From positions 1-45,972 of IMG/VR virus record IMGVR_UViG_3300048852_000126: a DNA stretch of 45,972 bases; one strand, written 5' to 3'. The notes under the pieces were generated by a model that was not told where the DNA came from, ran no database searches, and worked only from the letters and a program-made list of their open reading frames with translations. This document shows, in pieces, positions 1 to 10,119 of this stretch. The stretch comes from a virus (taxonomy: Duplodnaviria > Caudoviricetes). How positions within the stretch are numbered: position 1 is the first letter of the stretch; each line of letters starts with the position of its first letter. Both the position numbers and the translations under genes were made by a program.

Positions 1-243
1 CGGAAAGGCAACCGCCCCCGAAGGATCCGGCCCATGCGGCAGGAGCAGCGTTAGCTGAAGGTCGCCAGCAATGCGCTCCACCGGTCCAATGATCCATTCG
101 CAGGGCACTTCGCCGGCCGGAATGGTCGCCCCGTCCGGCAGAAACGAGAAATCGAAAGCCTCGCCGTTGATCGTGAGGATGTCGCCGAGCCTGGCAACTA
201 TCAGGCTGCCGTCGCGGCGCTGCGGTGAAAAGGCGATGCGCAT
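1..243 (-). CDS. Phage protein downstream of tail fiber (possible fiber assembly protein), 3' truncated
   Basis: ATG at 243-241 overlaps fiber stop (TGATG); MRIAFSPQRRDGSLIVARLGDILTINGEAFDF...; open to window edge. Confidence 0.75.
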   Translation of the reverse strand, partial: MRIAFSPQRRDGSLIVARLGDILTINGEAFDFSFLPDGATIPAGEVPCEWIIGPVERIAGDLQLTLLLPHGPDPSGAVAFP

Positions 244-1553
244 CAGAACCATCTCCCGATTGCCAGGATATTGCCCACGACGGTGCCGGCACCGACCTGA
301 GTGACGTTCACGGTGATATTTGCCGTCGAAAGCCCGATCTCGGACTGCCCCTCCGGGCCGAGCACGGTAAAGGCAGCAGCGAAGCCTGCAGGCGTGCACA
401 TCACTACAGGCGCGACGCTAAAGAAGGCCGGATACCCCCAAGTTGTCGCCCGCTTGCCAGCGCCGGATCCAGAAAACCCCAGGCTCGTCAGCCAGCAGAT
501 CTGTGTGCCATCTGCGAAGCGAACATACTGACCACCTGCATTTGACCCTCTTTCAATGACAGCGCCCGTTGGGACGCCGCCCGACTGAGAAACCGTGCCG
601 ATGATGTTGCTGCGACTGTAATAGGCCGATCCTTGCAGCCCATCGAGCAAATCGGCGTCCAGGCCTGACCCTGCTCCGTCATTGCCCTCGTGCCAAATGC
701 GATAGGCGTTGTTGCCGAGAGACCAGCCCCCGTATTTGAGCTGGCCGTCTGTATCGAGCCCGAAGAAAGCGCCAAACGCCGAACTGCGATTAAAACTAAT
801 GTACGCCGCCCCGGCGCTAACTCCGCCGGGACCGGTGTTGACGACTCTAACATTGCCGGACCCCGCAGGGGACGTGGCTATTGGCGTTGTCCCAGTAGTG
901 GTAATCACCACCTGCCCGGTCACGTCTCCGCCTATCGTAGCCAGAGCGCCGATGCTCGTCCTCGCCGCCGCGGCGTCAGCCGACGTCAACACAGCCTTGC
1001 CTACGGCGGTCGCGCCAATCGCGTCCTGTGCTGCGCCGGCATTGGCGGCAGCAAATACCGCCTTACCCGTCGCGCCACCGCCGATTGCAGTCTGTGCGGC
1101 TCCGGCGTCGGCAGCACCGACAATGGCCCTGCCCGTCGACGTGAACGGCGTAAGTGCCATGCTCGCCGGGGCATCGCCGTAAGGCAGCGTGTCGGCTTCG
1201 AGCGTCAACTGCGCCAGCGCGTCAATGCTGCCATTGCTCAGCCGGTCAATGAGCGCGACCGTGCTGGCCTGAACACGTGTCTGGTCGGGGGAAAACTTAA
1301 TGGAATAGGTCGTGCCGGGCGGCAGAGTCGGGCCGCCCCAGTTGTCGCGCAGGGTGATGTGCGTGTCGTCGACAACGGTCTCGATCAGCGCCACGAAGCC
1401 GCCAACCATGAACATGTCACCGGCTTGGATTCCCATCATTTGGGGAATCTGAAGGCCGATCGACGCCCAAGCCGTGCCGTCGCCGACGAGATCCTTGGAT
1501 CCCGCTGCAATCGAAACGGTGCCGTCTTGATAGTCAGAGATGTAATAAGCCAA
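243..1553 (-). CDS. Tail fiber protein
   Basis: TTG start with AGGAG RBS; Gly/Ala-rich repeats, GSGLDADLLDG motif, C-terminal 'GQYVRFADGTQICW...GRW' fiber domain. Confidence 0.88.
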   Translation of the reverse strand: MAYYISDYQDGTVSIAAGSKDLVGDGTAWASIGLQIPQMMGIQAGDMFMVGGFVALIETVVDDTHITLRDNWGGPTLPPGTTYSIKFSPDQTRVQASTVALIDRLSNGSIDALAQLTLEADTLPYGDAPASMALTPFTSTGRAIVGAADAGAAQTAIGGGATGKAVFAAANAGAAQDAIGATAVGKAVLTSADAAAARTSIGALATIGGDVTGQVVITTTGTTPIATSPAGSGNVRVVNTGPGGVSAGAAYISFNRSSAFGAFFGLDTDGQLKYGGWSLGNNAYRIWHEGNDGAGSGLDADLLDGLQGSAYYSRSNIIGTVSQSGGVPTGAVIERGSNAGGQYVRFADGTQICWLTSLGFSGSGAGKRATTWGYPAFFSVAPVVMCTPAGFAAAFTVLGPEGQSEIGLSTANITVNVTQVGAGTVVGNILAIGRWF

Positions 1554-1556
1554 GGC

Positions 1557-1787
1557 CTACTCCTTTCCGGCACCACCGGCTTGCGCCAGGCGCTCTAGCG
1601 CGATCGCGAGCATCGTGGCTTCGCCTTCAAAGAACTCAGCCCGCCGCTTAAAGAAGGCCCCAAGCGGCCCGAGCGTGGCCTTGGGCTGGCCGTCCGGAGC
1701 CGCCGGCTCGGGCGCCACCGGCTGCTCTGCGGACGCGACAGAGGGGTTGGCCTCGCGATGCGCGCGGGCCAAATCTTCATTTTCCAT
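1557..1787 (-). CDS. Hypothetical phage protein
   Basis: 76 aa, GAGG RBS, tightly packed in tail operon. Confidence 0.7.
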   Translation of the reverse strand: MENEDLARAHREANPSVASAEQPVAPEPAAPDGQPKATLGPLGAFFKRRAEFFEGEATMLAIALERLAQAGGAGKE

Positions 1788-1795
1788 TGTTTTCC

Positions 1796-3352
1796 TCAGA
1801 GTGTGGTCGGGATGGCGAACACGTAGTAGCGGATGCCGACCGTCGTATATTGCGAGGTGCGTACCCGCTGAGCCGGGACGCGATAAGCGTCCTCGAAACG
1901 AGTGCCATCACTCGCGAAAAACGTGGCACTGCCGTCGGTCAGTTGGCACATGAAGGTGCTGTCGCTGAAGTAACTGTATTGACTGATATATTTGGCGAAG
2001 AAATCTTGGTAGACGATCTGGCCTGTCGTTTTGTGCTGTCGCGCCGCCTTGGCGAGCACATAGGGTTTCCAGTTCCCGGCATTGGCCCAACTCGTGGCCC
2101 AATAATGCGTTCCTGCCGCGTTGCCGCCCGAACCGACAAAGGAACTGAACGGCACCCATGCCTGCTGAATAATCGGCAAATATGCTAGGCGGCTATCGAT
2201 AATGGTGTCTTTCAGACGCGTGCCGGCAGAGCCGGGACGCCGAAAGACTGTATATCCGCCCGCCGTGTCGAACACCTTGGCCGTGCCGACCGACGGCGCC
2301 AGACTGTCAGCCGCCATGACCACATAGCGCACAGACACCTGCACGGAACTCGTATTGTAAAGCTCCAAATTGGAGCCGTTGATGCGATACTGCACATTGA
2401 GAAACAGCGCGGGGTTATCCGGCCATGCCGGTAGCCAGAGGTTCCCCGAACCCGTTGACTGCACCATGTAGTCAACGAAAATCGACGTGTCATAAGCCGC
2501 GCCGAGCGGCACGCTAGCGACCGCACCGGGATTGATGATTACATTCCCGCCTGTCTTGATGACCTTCATCGGGATCTTGGATGAGTCGAACAACAACTGG
2601 TTGAAGTTGGCGGTGTCCACGTCAAACCCTGACTTCGCCATTCTCGCGCCGGCCGGAGATATCGTTAGAATTTTCTGTCCTGATATCGGGGGAGCGGGCG
2701 GTACCAGCGGGTACGCCGTACTGTCCACCGGAAGGTCGAGACTATAGAACGAAAACCGCTTTGGCGGGATGTCTGCTATGCTAACCGTGGACCCGCCCGT
2801 CCCGATTTGGGCATCAGGATCAACGGTGGTTAGCGTGCTTCTCGGGTCAAGATAGGAGTACCCAGTGGCCCCCCACGTGCCGCCGGTGTTGGTGGGCACG
2901 ATCATGGCTTGCAACCGCTCGGCGGTGCCGCGGCGGGTCACATTGTATGTATCGCTGCTGTCGGGGTATGCCATCCCGAAAGATGACCAAACCTGCTTCC
3001 ACGCCGTGTCGTCATATGTGATGAAGTAAAAGGAATTCAGGCTCGGGAAGATGGCCGATGGTATTGCGTAAATCCCAAGAATGCCTCCGCCAGAAGCATA
3101 CCCCCACGTTCGCGCGTTGACTTGACCATTGATATAATTGTCAGTCCATTGCGCGTTCACCCATGTCAAGCTGTTCGGATTTACCGTTACATTGGCCCTT
3201 AAGTCGCCATAGCCGATCGCTGAAGTTTCGCTATTGAAGAGAAACGCACCCCAGTCAGTATTAGGGTGCGTAAGAGGATCATATGAGTCGCTGGCCATAA
3301 CCTTGACCACGCCGCCCACTCCCGGCTTCCAGCCGATGAATGTTCTCGTCAC
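1796..3352 (-). CDS. Minor tail protein / putative receptor-binding or tail-tip protein
   Basis: 518 aa, beta-rich, follows host-specificity protein; locally lower GC. Confidence 0.72.
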   Translation of the reverse strand: MTRTFIGWKPGVGGVVKVMASDSYDPLTHPNTDWGAFLFNSETSAIGYGDLRANVTVNPNSLTWVNAQWTDNYINGQVNARTWGYASGGGILGIYAIPSAIFPSLNSFYFITYDDTAWKQVWSSFGMAYPDSSDTYNVTRRGTAERLQAMIVPTNTGGTWGATGYSYLDPRSTLTTVDPDAQIGTGGSTVSIADIPPKRFSFYSLDLPVDSTAYPLVPPAPPISGQKILTISPAGARMAKSGFDVDTANFNQLLFDSSKIPMKVIKTGGNVIINPGAVASVPLGAAYDTSIFVDYMVQSTGSGNLWLPAWPDNPALFLNVQYRINGSNLELYNTSSVQVSVRYVVMAADSLAPSVGTAKVFDTAGGYTVFRRPGSAGTRLKDTIIDSRLAYLPIIQQAWVPFSSFVGSGGNAAGTHYWATSWANAGNWKPYVLAKAARQHKTTGQIVYQDFFAKYISQYSYFSDSTFMCQLTDGSATFFASDGTRFEDAYRVPAQRVRTSQYTTVGIRYYVFAIPTTL

Positions 3353-3365
3353 TAAATCGCTCGCG

Positions 3366-6086
3366 TTATGAGAAGATTTCCAGAGATGCGTTCGCGCCGA
3401 AGCCCTTCATGACGAGCTTGCCGTTGGTCGACTGAAGCTGGTTGAAGTAGACTGTGCCGATGCGCGCGTTCTCCATGTACGCAACGCCACCCGAGAAGAC
3501 GAAAGGCGATACGGTCGATGATCCGTCGGTGATGATGAACTGCGACGTGTCGATAACCACGCGCGAGGTGGTGGCCGTAACATCGAGATACAACCCAGCA
3601 GCCCGGTAAGTGCCCCCGCTGTTGACGCGGGCTTCCATACCGATGCGTGCTGACCAGCCCGCGGGCGGAGAGTAGCCCGCCGACATGCGGAACGTGCTAT
3701 TCGCCGTAACGCCGTTCATGTTGAACTCGACGCCGCTTAGCCGCTCAGCGATGCCTCCCGCGTCATTGATCTGCGCATAGAGCGCGTTGAACGCAACGGC
3801 TGACGCCTTGCCGGCGACCTCGACAGATAGCTGCTGGATGGAGGCGGCTTGCGCCGTAACTTTCCCGTCAATCTCCGTGACCTGAACGGTAACGGCATTA
3901 AGCGCCTCAGCGGATGCCTTGGTGCCTAGCTCGACGGTCAGCGTCTCGATCTGGTTGGCAATAGCAGATCCAGGCCCGACCGCTACAGTGATGGCCTCCG
4001 TGTATGCCGCGGTGATGTCACCCTTTACAACGGACACCTCGCGCCGAAGCGTCGCCTTGTCGTCGTAGTTGCGGAGGTCCTGGTCAGAGGCATTGGTCGC
4101 CAGTGCCTCAATCTGATCGCGCAGGATCCTCGTGTCGTCGCCGATCCACTTCGTCAGCCGCTTGACGTCTTCCGCGAGCGCGTTGAGGTCGATGTCGAAG
4201 ATGTCGTCGCTGCTGAAACGGACATCCGGCGTGATTACCGAAAGCCAGTTCGACCAGAGCGTCGGCCGGTCGGAACCAGCGATATACCGGCCGCGCACGC
4301 CATAAGCCGTGAGCGGCAGCAACCCTTGCGAGATGAGCAGGGAGCCGACCTCAGGCTGATCCGTTCGGCCGCCGTAGACCGTTTCCAGCGTGGTCGCCAG
4401 CCGGACCTCGAACTCGATGCCAATGACGTCGACCAGCCGGCCTTCGGCATTGTCCCACGACAGCAGTATGGCCGGCCGGCGCGGCTTGCCTGTGTTGTCC
4501 GGCACGTATGCCGGTTCAGCATTCCAGTCGATGATGGGCTGCGGCTGCGGCCGGATTGGCCCGACCGCGCCGTCGACGGGCGGCTTGAAATCCGCGTCGC
4601 TGTTCCAGTCGTAGTCGCTGGGATCGACTTCGGTGACGTCGACCATGACGTCGAGGTTCGCACGATCGGCGGCGCCGTCGATCCGAAACAGCTTTGTGAT
4701 GTAGCCATTCCGCGCCGACGTCCAGGACAGGATTTCACCCGGGACCGCATACGGCCAGAAGTCCGGCGTCAGCACGAGCGTATGGCGCCGGGCGCGCTGG
4801 CCTTCCTCGAGAGCCGATCGCATGAGGCGCTGCACCTGCTCGGCATAGGGCACCATGTCGAGCGGGACATCGGCCATAAGCCGGCGGTTGCCGTGCTGCG
4901 CCTCAAGATCGGCCCTGTAGAGCGGCGGCGCGGCCTTGGTCGACCAAGCATCGGCCGGCGACGGATATGTCGCCGAGATACCGTTGATCGTGTCGGCTAG
5001 GCCGAAAAACGGCGTGAACGACTGCTCCTCGGTCGACAGAATGTCGCCGTCCGTGAAGGAGATAGTCGGCAGGTCCGGCGCGCCGACATGGATGCTGTAG
5101 ACGCCCCCCACTTCCGAGATGCGACCAATGCAGCTCGTCAGGATCGATTCGAGTGCTGTCGCAAGCGGCGCCTCGACGGGGATCTCGCCGGCGCAACGAT
5201 AGGTCGGCTCGTACCCGCCATGACCGAGGATCGGGGCCCGGCACTTGTTGACTTGGGCAATCCAGTTCGCCGCCGGCAGCCGCGCCGCGGCGAGCCCCTG
5301 AAGGCCATAGAACCACTTGCCGTTATAGGTCAGGCCACGAAGCAGGTTATAGGCCTGCACGGCCGGCAGATGGTCACCATCGCCGCCCCAGGTCGCCGGG
5401 TTGTCCCAACGGTGCGAGCCGGAGCCGCCCGCGGTGCTGTCCTTCGAGATGTCGTAGAGGCGGCAACCGGTCACCACGAATTTGAAATTCGGGATACCCG
5501 AGAAGAGGTTCTTCGTGACCTTTGCGGTGGCGATCGCATAGGAAACGCCGAGCCCGATACGCGACGCGTCATAGTTGCGCTGCGCATTGGAGGCAGTTGT
5601 GACGAGGAAGTTGTCGGCGGCTGTCTGGGTGCCGTCGTAAAACTTCACCCATAGGGCGTTCGGGTACTCGGTGACCGGGTAGCCGTATCGCGGGTGCGGA
5701 TTGGCGGTGTCGAGCGTGACCTTCTCGCCGTTGACCCACACCTCGTCGAGCGACTGCGTCGGCAAATCCGAAAGCGCGATGACTTGCGTCAGGTAGGCGT
5801 TGGGGGTCTCCCCGTCCCTGCCCCACGTATTCGCCCACACGAGCGAGCCGGCCGTCGCGGTGCGGCCGAGGATGAACGTCCTGGGAAGGTCGCCACCGCC
5901 CTGCAGCGTGCCGTTGATCGAGAACGTCGGTTCTTTCGGCTTGCCGGCGAGCGACTGCGCAAGCAGGTTAATGCCGAGGCCGACGGCCGCCTTAAGCACC
6001 AACGCGCCGATGGTGCTCCCCATAAAGGCAGACACAACACCGCCGATCGCGGTGCCGATCGCGGCAAGGCCCGAGAAAATTGCCAT
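3366..6086 (-). CDS. Tail tip / host specificity protein (lambda J-like central fiber)
   Basis: 906 aa; hub-like N-terminus, Fn3-like region, coiled coil, J-like C-terminus (FIITDG...SPFVFSGGVAYM). Confidence 0.85.
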   Translation of the reverse strand: MAIFSGLAAIGTAIGGVVSAFMGSTIGALVLKAAVGLGINLLAQSLAGKPKEPTFSINGTLQGGGDLPRTFILGRTATAGSLVWANTWGRDGETPNAYLTQVIALSDLPTQSLDEVWVNGEKVTLDTANPHPRYGYPVTEYPNALWVKFYDGTQTAADNFLVTTASNAQRNYDASRIGLGVSYAIATAKVTKNLFSGIPNFKFVVTGCRLYDISKDSTAGGSGSHRWDNPATWGGDGDHLPAVQAYNLLRGLTYNGKWFYGLQGLAAARLPAANWIAQVNKCRAPILGHGGYEPTYRCAGEIPVEAPLATALESILTSCIGRISEVGGVYSIHVGAPDLPTISFTDGDILSTEEQSFTPFFGLADTINGISATYPSPADAWSTKAAPPLYRADLEAQHGNRRLMADVPLDMVPYAEQVQRLMRSALEEGQRARRHTLVLTPDFWPYAVPGEILSWTSARNGYITKLFRIDGAADRANLDVMVDVTEVDPSDYDWNSDADFKPPVDGAVGPIRPQPQPIIDWNAEPAYVPDNTGKPRRPAILLSWDNAEGRLVDVIGIEFEVRLATTLETVYGGRTDQPEVGSLLISQGLLPLTAYGVRGRYIAGSDRPTLWSNWLSVITPDVRFSSDDIFDIDLNALAEDVKRLTKWIGDDTRILRDQIEALATNASDQDLRNYDDKATLRREVSVVKGDITAAYTEAITVAVGPGSAIANQIETLTVELGTKASAEALNAVTVQVTEIDGKVTAQAASIQQLSVEVAGKASAVAFNALYAQINDAGGIAERLSGVEFNMNGVTANSTFRMSAGYSPPAGWSARIGMEARVNSGGTYRAAGLYLDVTATTSRVVIDTSQFIITDGSSTVSPFVFSGGVAYMENARIGTVYFNQLQSTNGKLVMKGFGANASLEIFS

Positions 6087-6110
6087 CGATGTTCCTGATC
6101 AGTCCGGCGG

Positions 6111-6536
6111 CTAGGTCAGCGCCTTGATGAAGTGCATCTCGGCCGGCACGTAGCCCCGCCTGAGATAGAGAGCGGAAACGTCATTGGTCGCGAGCGATGC
6201 CATGCCGACCACGTCGCAACGCTGCTCCCGGGCCCATGTCTCATAGGCGTCCAGCATCTGCAGAGCAGAGCGGCCCCGCACTCGCGGTGCGATGTACCAG
6301 ACGGTTTCCTTCGCCCATCGCCCTGCCCCGAAAGGATGATCGAAGGTCTTCGCCATCAGCAGGCCTTGCGCCGGCTCGCCCAGCACGAGCACCAGGCCAG
6401 CGGCCATGTGATCCCGAAACAGCCTGTCGGCATAAGCTGCCTGGAAAGGCCAGGCGAAACGCGCCGCTTGGTGACTGTCACGCAACAGAGCGACCACGCG
6501 GAAGCGATCGGTCTCAACGGCTCGGCGAACGCTCAT
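6111..6536 (-). CDS. GNAT-family N-acetyltransferase
   Basis: ATG coupled to upstream stop; 'WYIAPRVRGRSA' motif A-like, 'ALYLRRGY' motif B-like. Confidence 0.8.
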   Translation of the reverse strand: MSVRRAVETDRFRVVALLRDSHQAARFAWPFQAAYADRLFRDHMAAGLVLVLGEPAQGLLMAKTFDHPFGAGRWAKETVWYIAPRVRGRSALQMLDAYETWAREQRCDVVGMASLATNDVSALYLRRGYVPAEMHFIKALT

Positions 6537-7204
6537 CAGAAGATCCCGAGGAACTTCTTTCGCTTCGGCTGTGTCGGAACCTTGCCCTTTTCCGAGCCCC
6601 AGAAGATTTCCCACTCGGCAACCGTGTCGGCATCCTTGAAGAATGTGTCATTCGGATCGCGCAAGATCTGTGTCGCGTGGCTCCGCGTCTCTGGGTTCGC
6701 CCGGGTCATCTCCTGTGTGTGGCTGACACAGTTGAGCGTGACCGCGCCCTCCTCGTTCTCTGAAGGCGTTACGATCTCGATCGTGTCGACGAAGCCGACG
6801 AACCGGCATTCCGCCGGTGCGACCATCTGGCGGCTTTCCGGATCGAAGAGCCCACGGAAAATCTCGACACGTGCCTGCTTGCAATCGTACTGCCGTACAA
6901 GCTGCTCCACATGCTCGCTCACCTGCGACATGCGGATCCTGACGGTCTGCACCGAAAGGTTCGAGACCAGCGGGATATCGTCGATCGCGACGAGCGTGCC
7001 TGAGCCGTACCAGTCACGAGTGACCGGCAGGCCGGTGTCGGGATTGATTACCGAGGCTGCCACATTACCGACGTCCGACCACATACCGTCGGGCACAGGT
7101 ACATTCGTTTCCCGATCGCGAGCAACGATCCATAGGAAGTCGCGGGCGACGAGCTGGCGGGCCTGCAGCGCCGCCAAGTTCTCAGGTGAGATGTACCGAG
7201 GCAT
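6536..7204 (-). CDS. Minor tail/baseplate hub protein (DUF2163-like)
   Basis: MPRYISPENLAAL... start coupled to upstream stop; follows distal tail protein. Confidence 0.72.
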   Translation of the reverse strand: MPRYISPENLAALQARQLVARDFLWIVARDRETNVPVPDGMWSDVGNVAASVINPDTGLPVTRDWYGSGTLVAIDDIPLVSNLSVQTVRIRMSQVSEHVEQLVRQYDCKQARVEIFRGLFDPESRQMVAPAECRFVGFVDTIEIVTPSENEEGAVTLNCVSHTQEMTRANPETRSHATQILRDPNDTFFKDADTVAEWEIFWGSEKGKVPTQPKRKKFLGIF

Positions 7205-7845
7205 CAGCGCGCTTCCATGGCCTGAAACGAGATCACGCCGCGACCAGTGGTGAGATCGGCTTGGCTGCTGATGCTGCCCGGCACAATGGCCATCACGCAT
7301 GATGGCTGCTTCACAAGCACCGGATCGTTCACGGCCGAGGCCGGCCAGAGATGGGGCCGCACCTCGAATTCCGGCGAACGGCCCGTGCCGTCGACCGTTG
7401 CCGCTTCCATCACCCTATGGAGGTTCGCCGGGCCGATCTGGATGAGATCACCGACCGATAGGCGGAAGCCGACCGGGAAAGCACTCACCATGACAGCCTT
7501 CCGGTTTTCGTTGACGGCATAGAGGGTGCCTTGGCCACCAAATGCGCCACCCGTCGGCCAGGAGCCGTTGGGATAGGCGATCGGATAGCAGCGGGATTTC
7601 GAGAAGGCCCGGAAGGTCTTCAAGCCGTTCTCAAGGCTTTCCAGCCGCGCGCGCCACTCGTCGAGTTCGTTGATCGACAGCGAGCGGGACTGAACGGACA
7701 TGGTCCACAGCGGAGAGCCGAGATCCTTGACGACAGTCCGCCCGTTTGCTGTCCGACTCTGCTCTTGGCGATAGGCGAGCTCGAATGAAGTCGACCAGCC
7801 CGGAAAGCCGTCGAGGAACGACAGGGGAAGCGGATAGGTGATCAC
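7204..7845 (-). CDS. Distal tail protein (Dit-like)
   Basis: 213 aa directly after tape measure gene; GTG start with AGGAG RBS. Confidence 0.7.
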   Translation of the reverse strand: MITYPLPLSFLDGFPGWSTSFELAYRQEQSRTANGRTVVKDLGSPLWTMSVQSRSLSINELDEWRARLESLENGLKTFRAFSKSRCYPIAYPNGSWPTGGAFGGQGTLYAVNENRKAVMVSAFPVGFRLSVGDLIQIGPANLHRVMEAATVDGTGRSPEFEVRPHLWPASAVNDPVLVKQPSCVMAIVPGSISSQADLTTGRGVISFQAMEAR

Positions 7846-7854
7846 CAGGCGCTC

Positions 7855-9816
7855 CTAACGCACTTGCCCTGTGCGGATCGAGTTTTGCGCTGCACGCCCC
7901 ACGGTCAAGGCGAATTGCGGTGTTTTCTGCCATTGGTCGATACCTTTGGCCACGCCGGCTTGAACCATGTCCATGATCTCGGCATTGCCTCGGGCGCCCG
8001 TCACGTCGATGTTGATGTTGACGATGGACGGGCCACCGGCCGCCGCTCCCGAACTGCTGGGCATCTTCGGGATGACCTGCGACCCGCGCGGCAGGTTGAG
8101 CAGTTCCGGCCCACGCTCGCCGACAATCGCCAAGCCGCCGGGGTGATAGTTGGTGCCGTTGGCGTAGCCAGGAATGCGCAGGCCTGCCCACGGGTCACTT
8201 CCGCCGCCGAAGAGGCTGCCGAGGAAGTCGAATAGGCCGCCGCCCGAGCCGCTCACGCTCTTCATGCTGATCAGCTGTTCCAGAAGACGGGCCGCGATGT
8301 GGATCAACTCTTCGGCCTCGAGTTTCCCGTCGGCGAATGCAGTGGCGATGCCATTGATCGCATCAACGCCGATCTGCCTGAGCTGCTCGTATGCCTGCTG
8401 CTGCTCGCGGAGCGCCGTCGTTTCGTTGTAGATCTGCTCGGTCAGGCCGGCGATCCGGTCGCGCTCTTCATCGGTTGCGGCGGACCCGGCTCGCCTGAGG
8501 GCAACCGCTTTTTCCTTCTCGGCAGCCGTCATGCCGATGAGGCTGTGCTCGAATTCCAACTGAGCTATGAGGTCTTGCACCGCCTGGCGTTCGCGTTGAG
8601 CAGCTTCGGCGGACTGATCTCTCGCCGGCCGACGAGGGTTGCGCCTGCCATCGGCCGCAATGTTGGCTGCCGCCAATCCCCTAGCTGTTGCATCGTCGAG
8701 AAAGCCGCCAGCTCGTTCAGCTTCAGCTTTGACACGGGCAATTTCGTTCTCGAGGCGCAGCTGTTCGGCCGTCAGAGAATTGCGGTGTTCCTGGTCCGCT
8801 ATGAACTTCTCATTGGCCTTGTCGATACCCTGGAGGGTGTTTTCGATGCCCTCAAACAGCTGATTGTTGATGCGGCCGATCGATTCCACCGCGCCATCGA
8901 TCTGTAGGGATAGAGCACCGAATTCCGCCGCCAGATCGCCCACGACCGATATACCGCTGGCCAGCGATAAATTCAGAAGAGCATCATAGACGCGCCGCGC
9001 CTGCTCCGCCGTAACGGTACCATCGGCAAGTGCATTCCTGAGTGTCTGCAGGCTGTCGTTCACAGCGTCAATCTGCTGCTGGTTTTGCCCAAGCGAAAGC
9101 CCGGTTGAGAGTGCGGCCCATTTGTTAACCAGATCGCCTGTCGACGCCCTGACATTTTCGAGGGACTTGTCGATCTGTATCTGCGTTGCCGCGACGGCCT
9201 CGGATGCCTGCTTCGTGCGTTCGAGTTGGTCAGCATATTCCTTCAGCGCCGGGTAGGCCTTTCCCCAGCGATCAGCAACTCGATTGATGAGGCTTGCTTG
9301 CTCCTTCAGCGTCTCTTCGGCGTTAGCGCTGTCGGAAAGCAGCTGAGAAAAATACTGGACGGCCACACCACCCAAGGCAATGATGCCGAACGTGGCGAGG
9401 TTCACCGGACTGATCAGGCTGGCGAAGGCGCTCCCAAGCATCCTAACGGCACCCGCCGCACCGGCTTGGCCAATCACCTGGTTGATCTGCGATCCTTGCT
9501 GAACCGCAACCAGGAACGGCGACTGGCCCGATGCAAGCGTGACAGCGATGTCGTTTAGCTGGGCAGCGAGGTTCGCCGTCTGAAGGCGTGCCCCGCCGAT
9601 TGCCTGAGCAGCCTGCGGCGCCTGTGACGCCGCCTGCACGAATGCCTGCTGCCCCCGCGTGGCCACGGTCGCAAGAGCGCTGCCCGCCTGAGCGGCTTCT
9701 GCCTCGATCCTGTCCAGACCGTTCGCGAATTGCTGTTCCGCATTCTTGATGTTACGCAAGTAGGAATCGGTCTGGGCTTGGAGTTCAACCACAACACGAT
9801 CGGCGGTGACTGCCAT
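7855..9816 (-). CDS. Tail length tape measure protein
   Basis: Ala-rich helical; 'QLNDIAVTLASGQSPFLVAVQQGSQI' TMP motif; 'GYANG...VGERGPEL' C-terminus. Confidence 0.92.
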   Translation of the reverse strand: MAVTADRVVVELQAQTDSYLRNIKNAEQQFANGLDRIEAEAAQAGSALATVATRGQQAFVQAASQAPQAAQAIGGARLQTANLAAQLNDIAVTLASGQSPFLVAVQQGSQINQVIGQAGAAGAVRMLGSAFASLISPVNLATFGIIALGGVAVQYFSQLLSDSANAEETLKEQASLINRVADRWGKAYPALKEYADQLERTKQASEAVAATQIQIDKSLENVRASTGDLVNKWAALSTGLSLGQNQQQIDAVNDSLQTLRNALADGTVTAEQARRVYDALLNLSLASGISVVGDLAAEFGALSLQIDGAVESIGRINNQLFEGIENTLQGIDKANEKFIADQEHRNSLTAEQLRLENEIARVKAEAERAGGFLDDATARGLAAANIAADGRRNPRRPARDQSAEAAQRERQAVQDLIAQLEFEHSLIGMTAAEKEKAVALRRAGSAATDEERDRIAGLTEQIYNETTALREQQQAYEQLRQIGVDAINGIATAFADGKLEAEELIHIAARLLEQLISMKSVSGSGGGLFDFLGSLFGGGSDPWAGLRIPGYANGTNYHPGGLAIVGERGPELLNLPRGSQVIPKMPSSSGAAAGGPSIVNINIDVTGARGNAEIMDMVQAGVAKGIDQWQKTPQFALTVGRAAQNSIRTGQVR

Positions 9817-9828
9817 TGGGGGGCTACC

Positions 9829-10119
9829 TTGGAAAATTGGCTGAAGGGGCTAATCGCGACAGCCTGCGCAATAGTGATTTCTGGCGGGGCATACTATTTT
9901 TGGGGTGAGTACCAGAGACATCGGCGCACCCAAGAAATCGCCGAAGGCCGCGAGGCCGCCAGGCAGGAGTTGTTCGAGCTTGCCAAAGCGAAAAGCTACG
10001 AAATCGACAAGGTGCGAGACTTCTGTAAGGACATGTCGGATAAGCGATATCGCTATGACGACAACTCAGAGTTCGTTCGCCTACTCGTAAGAAATTGCGA
10101 CGCCCTCGGATACCGATGA
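9829..10119 (+). CDS. Antisense accessory membrane-anchored protein
   Basis: TTG start after GGGGGG; N-terminal hydrophobic helix LIATACAIVISGGAYYFW; lower GC. Confidence 0.65.
   Translation: MENWLKGLIATACAIVISGGAYYFWGEYQRHRRTQEIAEGREAARQELFELAKAKSYEIDKVRDFCKDMSDKRYRYDDNSEFVRLLVRNCDALGYR

Noticed and set aside
1-243. Absence of lysis genes as a biological feature
   Set aside because: The late operon runs off the left edge, so lysis genes probably lie outside the window
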